Program-made: the position numbers and the translations under genes
Shown here: in pieces, positions 50,483-59,891 of the stretch
Position numbering within the stretch: position 1 is the stretch's first letter
How the letters are laid out: each line of letters opens with the position of its first letter
The notes under the pieces: model-generated
The model's input: the letters and a program-made list of their open reading frames with translations, nothing else
Told to the model about the DNA's origin: nothing
Databases searched by the model: none
Assembly: GCA_001777915.1 (NCBI GenBank)
Contig: MFFN01000004.1
Coordinates: forward strand, 617,744 to 681,743
From: Candidatus Edwardsbacteria bacterium RifOxyA12_full_54_48
Lineage (GTDB): Bacteria; Edwardsbacteria; AC1; EtOH8
Direction: 5' to 3'
DNA: 64,000 nucleotides

Positions 50483-51654
50483 AGTTGATAAAAAGGCCGG
50501 CGAACATCGATAATTATGTCATAGAATGGCGCAGACATTTCCATAAAAATCCCGAGCTCTCCTTCGGAGAATTTCAAACCTCCCGGGCGGTGGCGGCCGA
50601 ATTGAAAAAGCTGGGAATGGCCGTCAAAACCAGGGTGGGCGGCACCGGGGTGGTGGGCCTGCTGCGGGGCGGCCGCAAAGGGAGGACCCTGGCATTGAGG
50701 GCCGACATGGACGCCCTGCCGGTCAAGGAGGAGAACAAAACATCCTATATTTCTAAAAATCCCGGGGTAATGCATGCCTGCGGGCACGACGGACACATGG
50801 CCATGCTGCTGGGTGCGGCAAAAATGTTGTCCTCCCAAAGAAACCAGATCAGGGGCCAGGTGAAATTCCTTTTCCAGCCGGGGGAGGAAACGCCCCCCGG
50901 CGGCGCCCTGGGAATGATTAGGGACGGGGCCATGGAGGGTCCAAAAGTGGATGCCGTCTTCGCCCTGCATCTTGATTCATCCCTTCCCACAGGTAAGGTG
51001 GGGCTCTGCAGGGGGCCGATGATGGCGGCCTCTGACAACTTCGAGATAACCATCGCCGGAAAGGGCGGCCATGCCGCCCGGCCCCATGACTGCCTGGACC
51101 CGGTGACCGCTGCGGCCCAGATAATCATGGGCCTGCAGACCATAGTCAGCCGAAAGGTCGATCCGGTACATCCGGCGGTGGTGACCGTGGGTAAGATCCG
51201 GGCCGGCAGCAAGCACAATATAATCCCCCAGGAAGCCATCTTGATCGGCACCGCCCGCACCATCGATCCCTATTCCACCAAAATGATGCCCCTCTGGATC
51301 AGACAGTTGGCCGAAGGGATCGCCCGGGCCAACGGCCTGAAAGCCAGGGTTGGTTATGAGAGGGGCTATCCGGTGCTGTTCAACGATCCGGACATGGTCG
51401 ATTTCTGTGAAAAGGCGATAGCTTCGCGGTACGGCAAAAAGGCGCCGGTCCGCATCACCCAGCCCATGATGGGCGGCGAGGACATGGCTTATTTTTTACA
51501 AAAGGTGCCGGGGGCCTTTTTGAGGCTGGGCAGCCGCCAAGGCCGGGAGACCGCCTTCCCCTGGCACCACCCCAAATTCAGCATCGACGAAAAAAGCCTT
51601 TCCCTGGGGGCCGGGATCCTGACGGAAATAGCATTAAATTTTCTATCCCAATAG
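50479..51654 (+). CDS. M20D family amidohydrolase
   Basis: RRHFHKNPELSF, LRADMDALP, MHACGHDGH, FQPGEE, GKGGHAARP, GEDMA, HHPKF. Confidence 0.94.
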   Translation: MKLIKRPANIDNYVIEWRRHFHKNPELSFGEFQTSRAVAAELKKLGMAVKTRVGGTGVVGLLRGGRKGRTLALRADMDALPVKEENKTSYISKNPGVMHACGHDGHMAMLLGAAKMLSSQRNQIRGQVKFLFQPGEETPPGGALGMIRDGAMEGPKVDAVFALHLDSSLPTGKVGLCRGPMMAASDNFEITIAGKGGHAARPHDCLDPVTAAAQIIMGLQTIVSRKVDPVHPAVVTVGKIRAGSKHNIIPQEAILIGTARTIDPYSTKMMPLWIRQLAEGIARANGLKARVGYERGYPVLFNDPDMVDFCEKAIASRYGKKAPVRITQPMMGGEDMAYFLQKVPGAFLRLGSRQGRETAFPWHHPKFSIDEKSLSLGAGILTEIALNFLSQ

Positions 51655-51668
51655 CGAGGAGCAATCAG

Positions 51669-52226
51669 ATGTCAGGCAGAATCAATAATCTTTATTTCTG
51701 GGTAACGGTAGGTTATCTTTTTTTATCCTGCGCCAAGCCGGTGGAGATCATAATTCCGGATGATCCGGTATATCCCACAGCGGGTACCGCCACCGTAGAT
51801 AACAAGGCTGTGGCAAATTACACCGGGAGCGGATTTCTCTTTTCAACCGCCCAGGTGATATTCTATCCCAACACCAGCGAGGTCTTTCCGGACATTTCGG
51901 CAAGAGTATCTGCGGCCCCCGCATATATGCCGCAATTTTGGTCGATAGACGGCAGTTCGGCCTTCAAATTGCTGGATAGTTCTCCGGACTCATCAACCGC
52001 CTTTGCCTTTTTCGACTCTTTGGCGGCCATTGGGGATACCTCGGGGTTTGGCTCCCCGATATCCGGCCTGGCGGCATACCGGACCGTTGCGGTCAGGGCA
52101 CACCAGAACAAATATGCCAAGATCCTGATCACCAAAATAACGGTCGACAGCAGCAACAGCATTATCGAGACGACCTTCAAATGGGTCTACCAGCCCGACG
52201 GCAGCCTGATCTTCCCGTCACCCTGA
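51669..52226 (+). CDS. Hypothetical lipoprotein
   Basis: GAGGAG RBS; FLSC lipobox; C-terminal KYAKI...TFKWVYQPDGS. Confidence 0.75.
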   Translation: MSGRINNLYFWVTVGYLFLSCAKPVEIIIPDDPVYPTAGTATVDNKAVANYTGSGFLFSTAQVIFYPNTSEVFPDISARVSAAPAYMPQFWSIDGSSAFKLLDSSPDSSTAFAFFDSLAAIGDTSGFGSPISGLAAYRTVAVRAHQNKYAKILITKITVDSSNSIIETTFKWVYQPDGSLIFPSP

Positions 52227-52246
52227 ATGATGCAATTGATAGGCCT

Positions 52247-53803
52247 ATGAATCACCCTTCAAGAACAACCATCCTGCTGCTGGCCTGGGCCTTGATCTGG
52301 TCCGGTGCAGCGGCCTTCCGGGCGGAATGGCGCCAGTACCGGAGCTTCGGCGGCGCTACCTTCGAGGGCGACATCAGGACCATCATCTCCGATACCCGCT
52401 TTGTCTACGCCTTTTCCTCCGTCTCCGGGGCCAGATACGACAAGCTGTTCGACCAGTGGGATTTTTCGTTCATCGGGCATCTGCCGCCCGGCAGCTACCA
52501 GTTTGCGGCCTTGGACCATTACTTCAACGACCTCTATTTTGTCTATGCCGACAAAATGATCCCCTACCGCCTGATATCCGACATGCAGAACCCCGCCATC
52601 TATCTTCCCGAAGCCATCATCCGGGTGGCCTTCGACGGCCGGGGCATCTGGGTCCAGACCTCCGGAGGGTATTACCTGTGCGACCGCTGGTCCGGAAAGT
52701 GCAATAAGAATGCGTCCGTCCCCCAGCAGCTGGAATGGTTCGGCCGGGTTGATGCTGAATCGCTCAGAAGCAACAGCCGGCTGTATTTTTTGGCCCAGCC
52801 GATCTGGGACAGCTGGGCCGGCCGGCACTATCTGACCGCCTATGCCACGGAGTTTGCCGGCAACTATGCCTGGGCGGCCTATTCCGGATTGGGGCTGTGG
52901 AAGTATGACCTGATAACCAAGGAAAAGACCCAGTTGACCAGCGGGTTTTTGGCCAGCACCGGGGTTGCCGGACTGTACGCCAGCGGCGGCACCGTGGGCA
53001 TGACCGGTCCGGGCGGGGTGACGCTGGTGGACGCCGGACGCGACCACTGGCAGCAGCTGAACAAGCTGTTCAACCTGGACCTGACTGGCTACAGCCTGAA
53101 CTGTCTAGCCTTTGACGATAAGAAAATATTCATCGGGACCGACCGGGGGATTATTGTCCTCAAGAGGGGGGACGATTTCGCCTCCACCCTGACCCGTTAT
53201 GACGGGCTGCCCGACGATGCGGTCACGGCCCTGCTGCTGCAATCCGACACCCTTTGGATCGGCACCAGGTATGGCCCGGCGGTCTACCTGATTAAAGCCG
53301 GGAGAAAGGCCGAAAGTTGGGAGGGGCAGGAGGACAGGACAATTCACCAGATGGCCGCCGATCAGAGATTCCTTTACCTGGCCACCAGCCGGGGGGGCCT
53401 GATGTTGGACCGGACGGACAGCCTTAAGATATTCCGTTACGATGCCAGCTCCCCGCCGGAGCTGGATGAAGAAATCCTGGGGGTGGCCGTCGACGGGGCT
53501 TGGGTCTGGTGGCTGGCCCCGGACCTGCTGATGCGTTATGACCGGAAAAACTTCGTCTGGGAAAAATATCCCCGGGCGGGCAATTATAACGCCGGCCGGG
53601 CACTATGCCTGGCGGTGGATGACAGGAACCTTTGGATCGGCACCGATGCCGGGTTGGTGCGACTCAATAAAGATAAAAACCTGTGGACGGTGTACCGCAA
53701 GGAGGATGGATTGCTGAATGATTATGTGACCAGTCTGGCCTCGGTGGACGGAGCATTGTGGATCGGGGGAGAGACCGGCCTGACAAAATTTTTCTGGAAA
53801 TAA
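52247..53803 (+). CDS. Secreted beta-propeller repeat protein
   Basis: Signal peptide; repeats DGLPDDAVTAL..LWIGT, DGLLNDYVTSL..LWIGG. Confidence 0.8.
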   Translation: MNHPSRTTILLLAWALIWSGAAAFRAEWRQYRSFGGATFEGDIRTIISDTRFVYAFSSVSGARYDKLFDQWDFSFIGHLPPGSYQFAALDHYFNDLYFVYADKMIPYRLISDMQNPAIYLPEAIIRVAFDGRGIWVQTSGGYYLCDRWSGKCNKNASVPQQLEWFGRVDAESLRSNSRLYFLAQPIWDSWAGRHYLTAYATEFAGNYAWAAYSGLGLWKYDLITKEKTQLTSGFLASTGVAGLYASGGTVGMTGPGGVTLVDAGRDHWQQLNKLFNLDLTGYSLNCLAFDDKKIFIGTDRGIIVLKRGDDFASTLTRYDGLPDDAVTALLLQSDTLWIGTRYGPAVYLIKAGRKAESWEGQEDRTIHQMAADQRFLYLATSRGGLMLDRTDSLKIFRYDASSPPELDEEILGVAVDGAWVWWLAPDLLMRYDRKNFVWEKYPRAGNYNAGRALCLAVDDRNLWIGTDAGLVRLNKDKNLWTVYRKEDGLLNDYVTSLASVDGALWIGGETGLTKFFWK

Positions 53804-53967
53804 TCCGCCGGACAAAATAATAAAATGCCTTGGGTCATCAAGAGGCGACGAAACAACGCGGTGCAATATTCAGGCTGCTTAGGGCCGGGCCCAAACCAGC
53901 CGGGATTGAAAACAGAATCTTTTGTCTGGTAGGAGATTTACTTTAAAGTGTGACATTTAATAAAATA

Positions 53968-54172
53968 TGTGCCATAATGTCGCAAATTTATTAAATCTAT
54001 AAATAACAATACCTTAACATATCTAATCCTTTCGACAATAAGAGCCAGTGAGACATAATGTCTCATTGGCTTTTGTGTTTTAATATAAAGGCAACATATA
54101 TAAATTATAACATATTGTGATGCATCGTCTTGATTAAATAGAAAAAGAATTGCTTCTTGGCATGAATATTGG
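53968..54172 (+). promoter_or_regulatory. Putative sigma54-type promoter with two upstream palindromic activator sites
   Basis: TGTGCCATAATGTCGCA 53968-53984; TGAGACATAATGTCTCA 54049-54065; TGGCATGAATATTGG 54158-54172 (-12 GC replaced by GG). Confidence 0.5.
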
Positions 54173-54335
54173 AAACCTTAATAAATGACAGTCATTTTAA
54201 AGTCATTCAAGAAACAGCTAATTTGAAAGCAGATGAAACTCAGTCTCCGGTGGTTCCCACGGGAATCGTTCCAGATGTTTGATCACTTAGCGGTACCAAA
54301 GGCCCATCCAGCTTCCATGACAAAGGTGGCATAAA

Positions 54336-55580
54336 ATGGAGCAGAATATTTATCCCGTGATATTTGTCCCCGGGATCATGGAGACGGAGTTGTCCGGCCC
54401 CTGCCCGTTGGACCACCGGGCGGCCTGCCATCCGACCTTCGACAAGATGACGGCCGATCTTGATACCGTGAAGCTGGACGACCATGGCGATTACCACCGC
54501 CCGCCGAACCGGCGGATATGCCGGAATGAGGTGTTCTCTTTGGTTTACGGCGAGATGATTGCCGCGCTGCGGGAGAGCCTGCCGCTGGATCAGGAAGAAT
54601 GCGCCAGGGTCTATGTCTTTCCCTACGACTGGAGGCGCTCCATCAGCCATAACGCCGCCCGGCTGGCGGATTTCGTGGAGCGGATCATCCGCAGCAGCCA
54701 GGCCCATCCCCCGTACCGCCGGCGGGGGATCAAGCCGGACAAGGTGAATATCGTCGGCCACAGCGTGGGGGGATGTCTGGCCAAGCATTACGCCACGGCG
54801 CTGTTGGGCGAGGGCCGGGTAAATCGGATGGTGATGCTGGCTTCCCCGCTACGGGGCTCATTGTGCGCCTTGAAGCACCTGATAACGGGCGAAACCTGGT
54901 TCTTCGACTGGTTGAACGGCAAAAGTCAGCGGCGCTATGCCCGGACCCTTCCCGGGATATACCATCTGCTGCCCTATGACGGCTTTGCCAATCCAGAGGA
55001 GAAGCTGATGTGGCCCAGCCCGGCGGCAGAGAGAAGGGGCCAGCCGGTCAATATCTTCGATCCCTCCGGCTGGCAGGACAATGTGGCCGCCCAGGTCGGG
55101 CCGGAGGTGTTGGCCAGCCACCTGGACAATGCCTACAATTACTACCGCAACGCCCGGGATTTCTCCCCGGAGTTCCGAAAGAACGTCCTGATGGTTTACG
55201 GCAAGGGGGAGCGGACCCTGCGTGAGGTCAATATCGGCAGCCGCCAGCCGGTGGAGTACAACTTTCCCCGGGAGGATGGTTGCGGCGCCATCGGCGACGG
55301 CACGGTGCCGGCGGTCAGCACCTACAGCCAGGGCATCTACCAAGCCTGTGTCACCAAGAAAAAGATGGGTGACTGGGAGCTGGACCTGGGTCGGGTGGCC
55401 GGTTTCCATGCCTCTTTCTGCGCCTACGACCTGGTCCAGGACCTGGTGATATCCTTCCTGACCGGAAGGGTTATCAGGACGGTGCGGAGGGAATTCAAGC
55501 TGACCGAGATAGAACAACTGCCCAAGTTCACTCCGGACCAGGTGGACAAGCTGGACCGGGAGCCCATCTGCCGGTTCTGA
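54336..55580 (+). CDS. Alpha/beta-hydrolase, LCAT/PGAP1-like lipase or acyltransferase
   Basis: PVIFVPGIM, FPYDWRRS, VGHSVGG, LASPLRGS, GDGTVP, FHASF. Confidence 0.88.
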   Translation: MEQNIYPVIFVPGIMETELSGPCPLDHRAACHPTFDKMTADLDTVKLDDHGDYHRPPNRRICRNEVFSLVYGEMIAALRESLPLDQEECARVYVFPYDWRRSISHNAARLADFVERIIRSSQAHPPYRRRGIKPDKVNIVGHSVGGCLAKHYATALLGEGRVNRMVMLASPLRGSLCALKHLITGETWFFDWLNGKSQRRYARTLPGIYHLLPYDGFANPEEKLMWPSPAAERRGQPVNIFDPSGWQDNVAAQVGPEVLASHLDNAYNYYRNARDFSPEFRKNVLMVYGKGERTLREVNIGSRQPVEYNFPREDGCGAIGDGTVPAVSTYSQGIYQACVTKKKMGDWELDLGRVAGFHASFCAYDLVQDLVISFLTGRVIRTVRREFKLTEIEQLPKFTPDQVDKLDREPICRF

Positions 55581-55753
55581 TACCGGATGGCGGGCTGTCC
55601 CTGTGCCGGCAGAGGAGTTAAGCGCTGCATCCTGCCCGTGCTGGGGGCCATTCCCCCCAATCGGGCGGACTCCGCAGTCGGGGCTGGTCGAGCCTGATGA
55701 TCGACCGGAGAACCCGGTTGATAAAAACCAACATATAAACGAAAGGAAAAAGC

Positions 55754-56089
55754 ATGAACGGCAATCCCGAAGAGGAAAAAACCAAGGACGCCCCGGCGGC
55801 GGCCAGGATCGTCAAGGGACCGGGGCTTTTTGAGACCACCCGGGGGAATGCCTCCGAGGCCTATCTCATCCTGCGCAGCAAGGGCAAGACCGTCCCATAT
55901 GCCTGGGTGAAGTCAGCGCAGGAATCCAGAAAAAAAAGGCAGGACGAGCTGGGGATCAAACTGAAAGAGAAAAGCCTGGACGCCTTCCCCATATTGCGGC
56001 AATGGGAGAGTGCGCTGGAGAAGGAACGGTTTTATTACGGGCTTCGGGCCCTGTTCGATCTGGAGCAGAACGGGGAGACCAAGCTGTAG
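55754..56089 (+). CDS. Hypothetical protein
   Basis: AAGGA RBS, host-like codon usage. Confidence 0.65.
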   Translation: MNGNPEEEKTKDAPAAARIVKGPGLFETTRGNASEAYLILRSKGKTVPYAWVKSAQESRKKRQDELGIKLKEKSLDAFPILRQWESALEKERFYYGLRALFDLEQNGETKL

Positions 56090-56151
56090 ACAGGCAACAG
56101 GGGACAGGGATCAGGACGGCAAGCATCAATGAATATAATGGAGGCTCCACC

Positions 56152-56787
56152 ATGGCATCTTCAGGCAATCAAGCGCAAAAGTACAAATGCCCCTGCGGCA
56201 AGAGTTATTACACCGTCCACAGCTACTACGATCAGGCCGGCTTGTTTGACGAGCATTGGGAGATGAACTGCTGCCGATGCAAACAGCGCTACCAGCTCAG
56301 TTCGCTCCTCAAGGAGAGCGGCCGGGGCCTCAACGAGGCCTATCTCTGGGCCCCAATAAACATCTTCAGCGAGCTGGCCATCGTGGAGGACCAGTTGCAC
56401 CGGGCCCAGGGCGATATGCTGGCCCTGGCCCGGGAGCTGTATCTGGATCGCTGGCTTGGGCACTTCTCCGGGGTTAAGGCCAGAAAAGATATCTGGCGGC
56501 GCCTGACCGACGGCGGGAAACGGGAGCCCAGCTACCGGCTGTTCGTTCGTTCGGCGCCCCGGGACAATCTGGAGGACTATCTGCAGAGATACTTCCACTA
56601 TTTCAACGTGGACCATATCCTGGAGAAGCTGGGGGTGCGGGACATCCGGCTGGATGAGATGAAAGGCCGGATCGCCGAACTGCAGACCGGCCGGGAAAGG
56701 GCCCAGGGCCTGCTGAGGATGGAAGGTTTTGCTGGACGGAGCGAATACCGGTGGGGATCATCAATAAAAACCGATAGGCGTGTATAG
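56152..56787 (+). CDS. Hypothetical protein with N-terminal zinc-ribbon-like motif
   Basis: GGAGG RBS before ATG 56152; CPCG-X23-CCRC. Confidence 0.7.
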   Translation: MASSGNQAQKYKCPCGKSYYTVHSYYDQAGLFDEHWEMNCCRCKQRYQLSSLLKESGRGLNEAYLWAPINIFSELAIVEDQLHRAQGDMLALARELYLDRWLGHFSGVKARKDIWRRLTDGGKREPSYRLFVRSAPRDNLEDYLQRYFHYFNVDHILEKLGVRDIRLDEMKGRIAELQTGRERAQGLLRMEGFAGRSEYRWGSSIKTDRRV

Positions 56788-56974
56788 TAGGGTCGGGATT
56801 CAGCCCCGACCCCGGCTATCATGTCATCCCGGTTCCGCAGCAAGTGCGGGATAAATTCCGACAGGGATGACGGGATTTAACTACCAAGACACTAAGACGC
56901 CAAGAATTTTTACTTAATACCGGACTAAGGTGTCATTCCTGCCCATCCCTCACTCCCTCACCGCTGCGGGGAGA
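56787..56974. repeat. Cluster of REP-like elements
   Basis: GTAGGGTCGGG..CCCGACCC 56787-56812; GTCATCCC..GGGATGAC 56823-56870; ACCAAGACACTAAGACGCCAAG 56883; CCCCTCACTCCCTC 56947. Confidence 0.7.
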
Positions 56975-57106
56975 GCCTGCACTGAGGACGGCAGTTATTT
57001 TTGCCGACCGAAGTGGAGGCCGATAGGCAGTGAGGGGTCAGGATAGGCGGGGAACCGGGGGCCGTCCCACATCTCTGACGCGGATATAACCACAGGAGAC
57101 AGGGAA

Positions 57107-57376
57107 ATGTATAGCATCGAGGTAAGCGAAAGGGAAAAAATGTTGGGCTACGCCCTGAGCCCCGTTCCGAATCCCGCCGGTAAACTGCCGGGGGAGCCGG
57201 AGCAGGTCCTGGCGGTGGCCTATACACTGGACGAAGAGAACCTGATCGTCAAAAAGCTGTATCCCATGGGGGGTTGCCGGTATTGGCATTTGAAAAAGGC
57301 CAGCGATGACTGGAGAACGGTGAGCAATGTGGAGCCCGACCCGGGAAAGGCCATCGAGCGGGCCAGGCTAGGATGA
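57107..57376 (+). CDS. Hypothetical protein
   Basis: AGGAG RBS; 89 aa; host-like codon usage. Confidence 0.65.
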   Translation: MYSIEVSEREKMLGYALSPVPNPAGKLPGEPEQVLAVAYTLDEENLIVKKLYPMGGCRYWHLKKASDDWRTVSNVEPDPGKAIERARLG

Positions 57377-57551
57377 CCGCCTCCTCACTCCATCCAATTT
57401 GCCTGCCGGCACCAGTTGCTTGAGACCATCGGACAGGGGATGATTTTTTTATGCCGGGATGAAGGCCTTGGCCGGGCCTGCGGCCAGATCAAAGGCCGGA
57501 AGCGCAAGGCTAAAAAATCTCCCGGGGGTTCAGCGGCAAAACAGTTTTCAT

Positions 57552-57580
57552 TTGACAAGCCATATCCAAAGCGGTATATT
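57552..57580 (+). promoter_or_regulatory. sigma70-type promoter upstream of repeat array and PAS gene
   Basis: TTGACA-N17-TATATT. Confidence 0.7.
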
Positions 57581-57672
57581 AATACTTGTAAAAGTATTTT
57601 TAAACCGCTTTTTTAACGCCTCGGCTCAGGGGAAACCGATGTTCAACCAACCCAGTATTAAGTTCAAAGATT

Positions 57673-59005
57673 AAAGAATAAAAGCCTTTGTGTATTTTGT
57701 GCACCTTTCGACTTGGCTCCGGGAATTCTTTGTGGTTAAAAGGTACCTGAGATTGCTTCGGCTGTGAATCTTTGGTGCCATCCCCGCAATGACACGGAAG
57801 GCAGGCAGAAAGCCGGTAAATAATGAAAGCCTTTGTGTCTTTGTGCTTAAAAGATTCTAAGGCTTGGCGGGTAGGCTGCCGGGCTCAGAATGACGAAAGC
57901 AATGACATAGGGCCGGAAATATCAGTGAAAATCCGTATTCCATTAAGCCTGGATTCCCGACTTCTCGGGAATGACACCTGGTGCAGGTTAAAAGAGTAAA
58001 AGTCTTTGTGCCTTAGTGTCTTGGTGGTTAATTCCGGTTTAAAATTAAAAATAAAGGAGCAGCCATGATAGACCGCATGAACGAAGCCGTGATCAAGGCC
58101 CTGCTGGAGGCCATGCCGGGCGAGATCTCGGTGATCGACCACAACGACGAGGTGATCGGCTGGAACAAGCATGACACCCGGCTGTTCCATAGGCCCATGG
58201 ACAGCATGGGCATCAACTTCCGCAGCTGCCACCCCAAAAGCAGCCTGGCCAAGGTGGAGCAGATCGTGGAGGAGATGAAAAGCGGGAAGCGAGACAGCGC
58301 CAGGTTCTGGATAGACCTGCCGCTGGGACCCAACCAGGAGAAGCACAAGGTGCTGATAGAATTCTTCGCCCTGCGTGACCAGGATAAAAAATACCTGGGC
58401 TGCCTGGAGCACACCATGGATGTCCAGTACATCCGGGAGCTGGAGGGCGAGAAGCGGCTGCTGTCGTAAAAGTTCATAAAGCTTAAAGTTTAAAGAATAG
58501 AAGCCTCTGCGTCTCTGCGGTGAAATGACCCTGGATTCCTGCCTTCGCCGGAATGACACGCAGGACAGGTTAAAAGTGAAAAAGTCTTTGTGTCTTTTAT
58601 GCGCTTTGTGGCAAAACCAGTTTAATGTTCAAAGCTTGTCACACTGAGAAGGCATTCGTGCCCTGCAAGTTGAATGTGTGAAGGGGAATTCGGGAAACAT
58701 AATATTGTCGCCCGTTCAACTTGGCAAGAGTAAAGAATTCTCAGGGTGACAACAACCACTCTGCGTTTCGTGGCTAAAAGACACCTGAGATTGCTTCGCT
58801 TGTGAATCTTCGGCGCCATGCTCGCAATGACAAGAAAGGCAGGTACAAAGCCGGAAAAGAATAAAAGCCTTTGTACGCTTTGTGGTTAAAAGGGACCCTG
58901 GATTCCAGCTGGAGTTTATGCTGAATGCAATGAAGTGCTGGAATGACAAACGCATCAGCGTAAAGCTATAAAGTCTCTCTGTGACCCAGTGTCTCTGTGG
59001 CAAAA
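57673..59005 (+). repeat. Ordered array of 8 T/G-rich direct repeats (A) alternating with 7 hairpins ending in TGAC (B)
   Basis: A units AAAG(C/T)CTYTGYG...TTYGTGGYWAAA; B units GAGATTGC..GCAATGAC or TGGATTCC..GGAATGAC; ~125-bp duplication 57728-57853 / 58766-58892. Confidence 0.85.
58065..58469 (+). CDS. Stand-alone PAS-domain protein (PAS_10/DUF438 C-terminal-like)
   Basis: AAGGAG RBS; LLEAMPGEISVIDHND, GINFRSCHPKSS, FFALRD...YLGCLE. Confidence 0.88.
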   Translation: MIDRMNEAVIKALLEAMPGEISVIDHNDEVIGWNKHDTRLFHRPMDSMGINFRSCHPKSSLAKVEQIVEEMKSGKRDSARFWIDLPLGPNQEKHKVLIEFFALRDQDKKYLGCLEHTMDVQYIRELEGEKRLLS

Positions 59006-59028
59006 CCTCAGCCCAGAAGTTAAATAAA

Positions 59029-59055
59029 CCGCTCCGGAAAGGGGCGGCCTTTTTT
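59029..59055 (+). terminator. Intrinsic terminator closing the array
   Basis: CCGCTCC-GGAAA-GGGGCGG-CC-TTTTTT. Confidence 0.7.
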
Positions 59056-59147
59056 GTTGATTATTTCTCTTTTATCCGACCCCTTTTTATGTTACTATTT
59101 CTACCGGAAAGCCGAAGCCTTAAATTTTAAATCACCAGCCTATAAAA

Positions 59148-59777
59148 ATGAACTCCGCCCATAACATATTGACCCCGGTCCAGCAGGACGCCCTCAAGGA
59201 GATATTCAACATCGGCTCCGGCAACGCTGCCACCACCCTGTCCGAGGCCATTCATCAGCCAGTGCTGGTATCGGTGCCCCAGATCAAGGTCAGCACCGTG
59301 GAGGAGGCCCTGTCCTCGCTGGTCAAGCCCGACCTGCCGGTGGTCTGCCTGGTCAACATCTTCGTGGGCGACCTCTCCGGCTGCACCCTGTGGCTGATGC
59401 CGGGCGATAGCGCTTTGGCCTTCGCCCAGGAGTGCTGGCACAAGATGCCCCGGGCCAAGAACGAGGCCGAGTTCCATTTCGGGCACATCCATCTGGAGAT
59501 CTCCTCGGTGCTGACCGAGTCCTACCTGAACACCCTGGGCGACATGCTGGAGCTGACCGCCATCCCCTCGCCCCCCCTGATGCTGTCCGGGCCCATGCAG
59601 AAGGTGATGGGGAGGATACTGGGAGAGTACGCCCGTTTCGGCGAGATCCTGGCCTACGTCCAGAACCGGTTCCGTTTCCCCGGCGAGGCCGGGACGGCCA
59701 GCGGCTATTTCATGATGCTGCCGGATGCCGCCTCGCTCAAGCGGATCATGACTGCCATGAAGCTGGAGGGGTCATAG
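59148..59777 (+). CDS. cheC: CheC-family phosphatase (orphan)
   Basis: QQDALKEIFNIGSGNAATTLS..VSVPQI; C-terminal FMMLPD. Confidence 0.85.
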   Translation: MNSAHNILTPVQQDALKEIFNIGSGNAATTLSEAIHQPVLVSVPQIKVSTVEEALSSLVKPDLPVVCLVNIFVGDLSGCTLWLMPGDSALAFAQECWHKMPRAKNEAEFHFGHIHLEISSVLTESYLNTLGDMLELTAIPSPPLMLSGPMQKVMGRILGEYARFGEILAYVQNRFRFPGEAGTASGYFMMLPDAASLKRIMTAMKLEGS

Positions 59778-59891
59778 GCCCCGGGAGGGACCAGGTTCCT
59801 TTTATCTTGCAGGGAACCGGGTTAATATTGTAAAATCGTTTGTCAAAGAAACGCCACCCGCTTAAGCTTCAATGATAATCAAGAGAGATCG

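Noticed and set aside
53804..54335. Riboswitch (c-di-GMP or other) upstream of the lipase
   Set aside because: No recognisable GEMM or other aptamer consensus by eye; an Rfam scan would be needed.
57885..59003. ORFs inside the repeat array (57885-58559, 58622-58819, 58716-59003, minus strand)
   Set aside because: Translations of the repeats themselves (e.g. SFPRSRESR, TTKTLRHK) or antisense to the PAS gene; no RBS or coding bias.
57673..59005. CRISPR array or integron cassette array
   Set aside because: Repeats are degenerate and variable in length, the intervening units are related hairpins rather than unique spacers, there are no cas or intI genes, and no consistent RYYYAAC/GTTRRRY attC ends.
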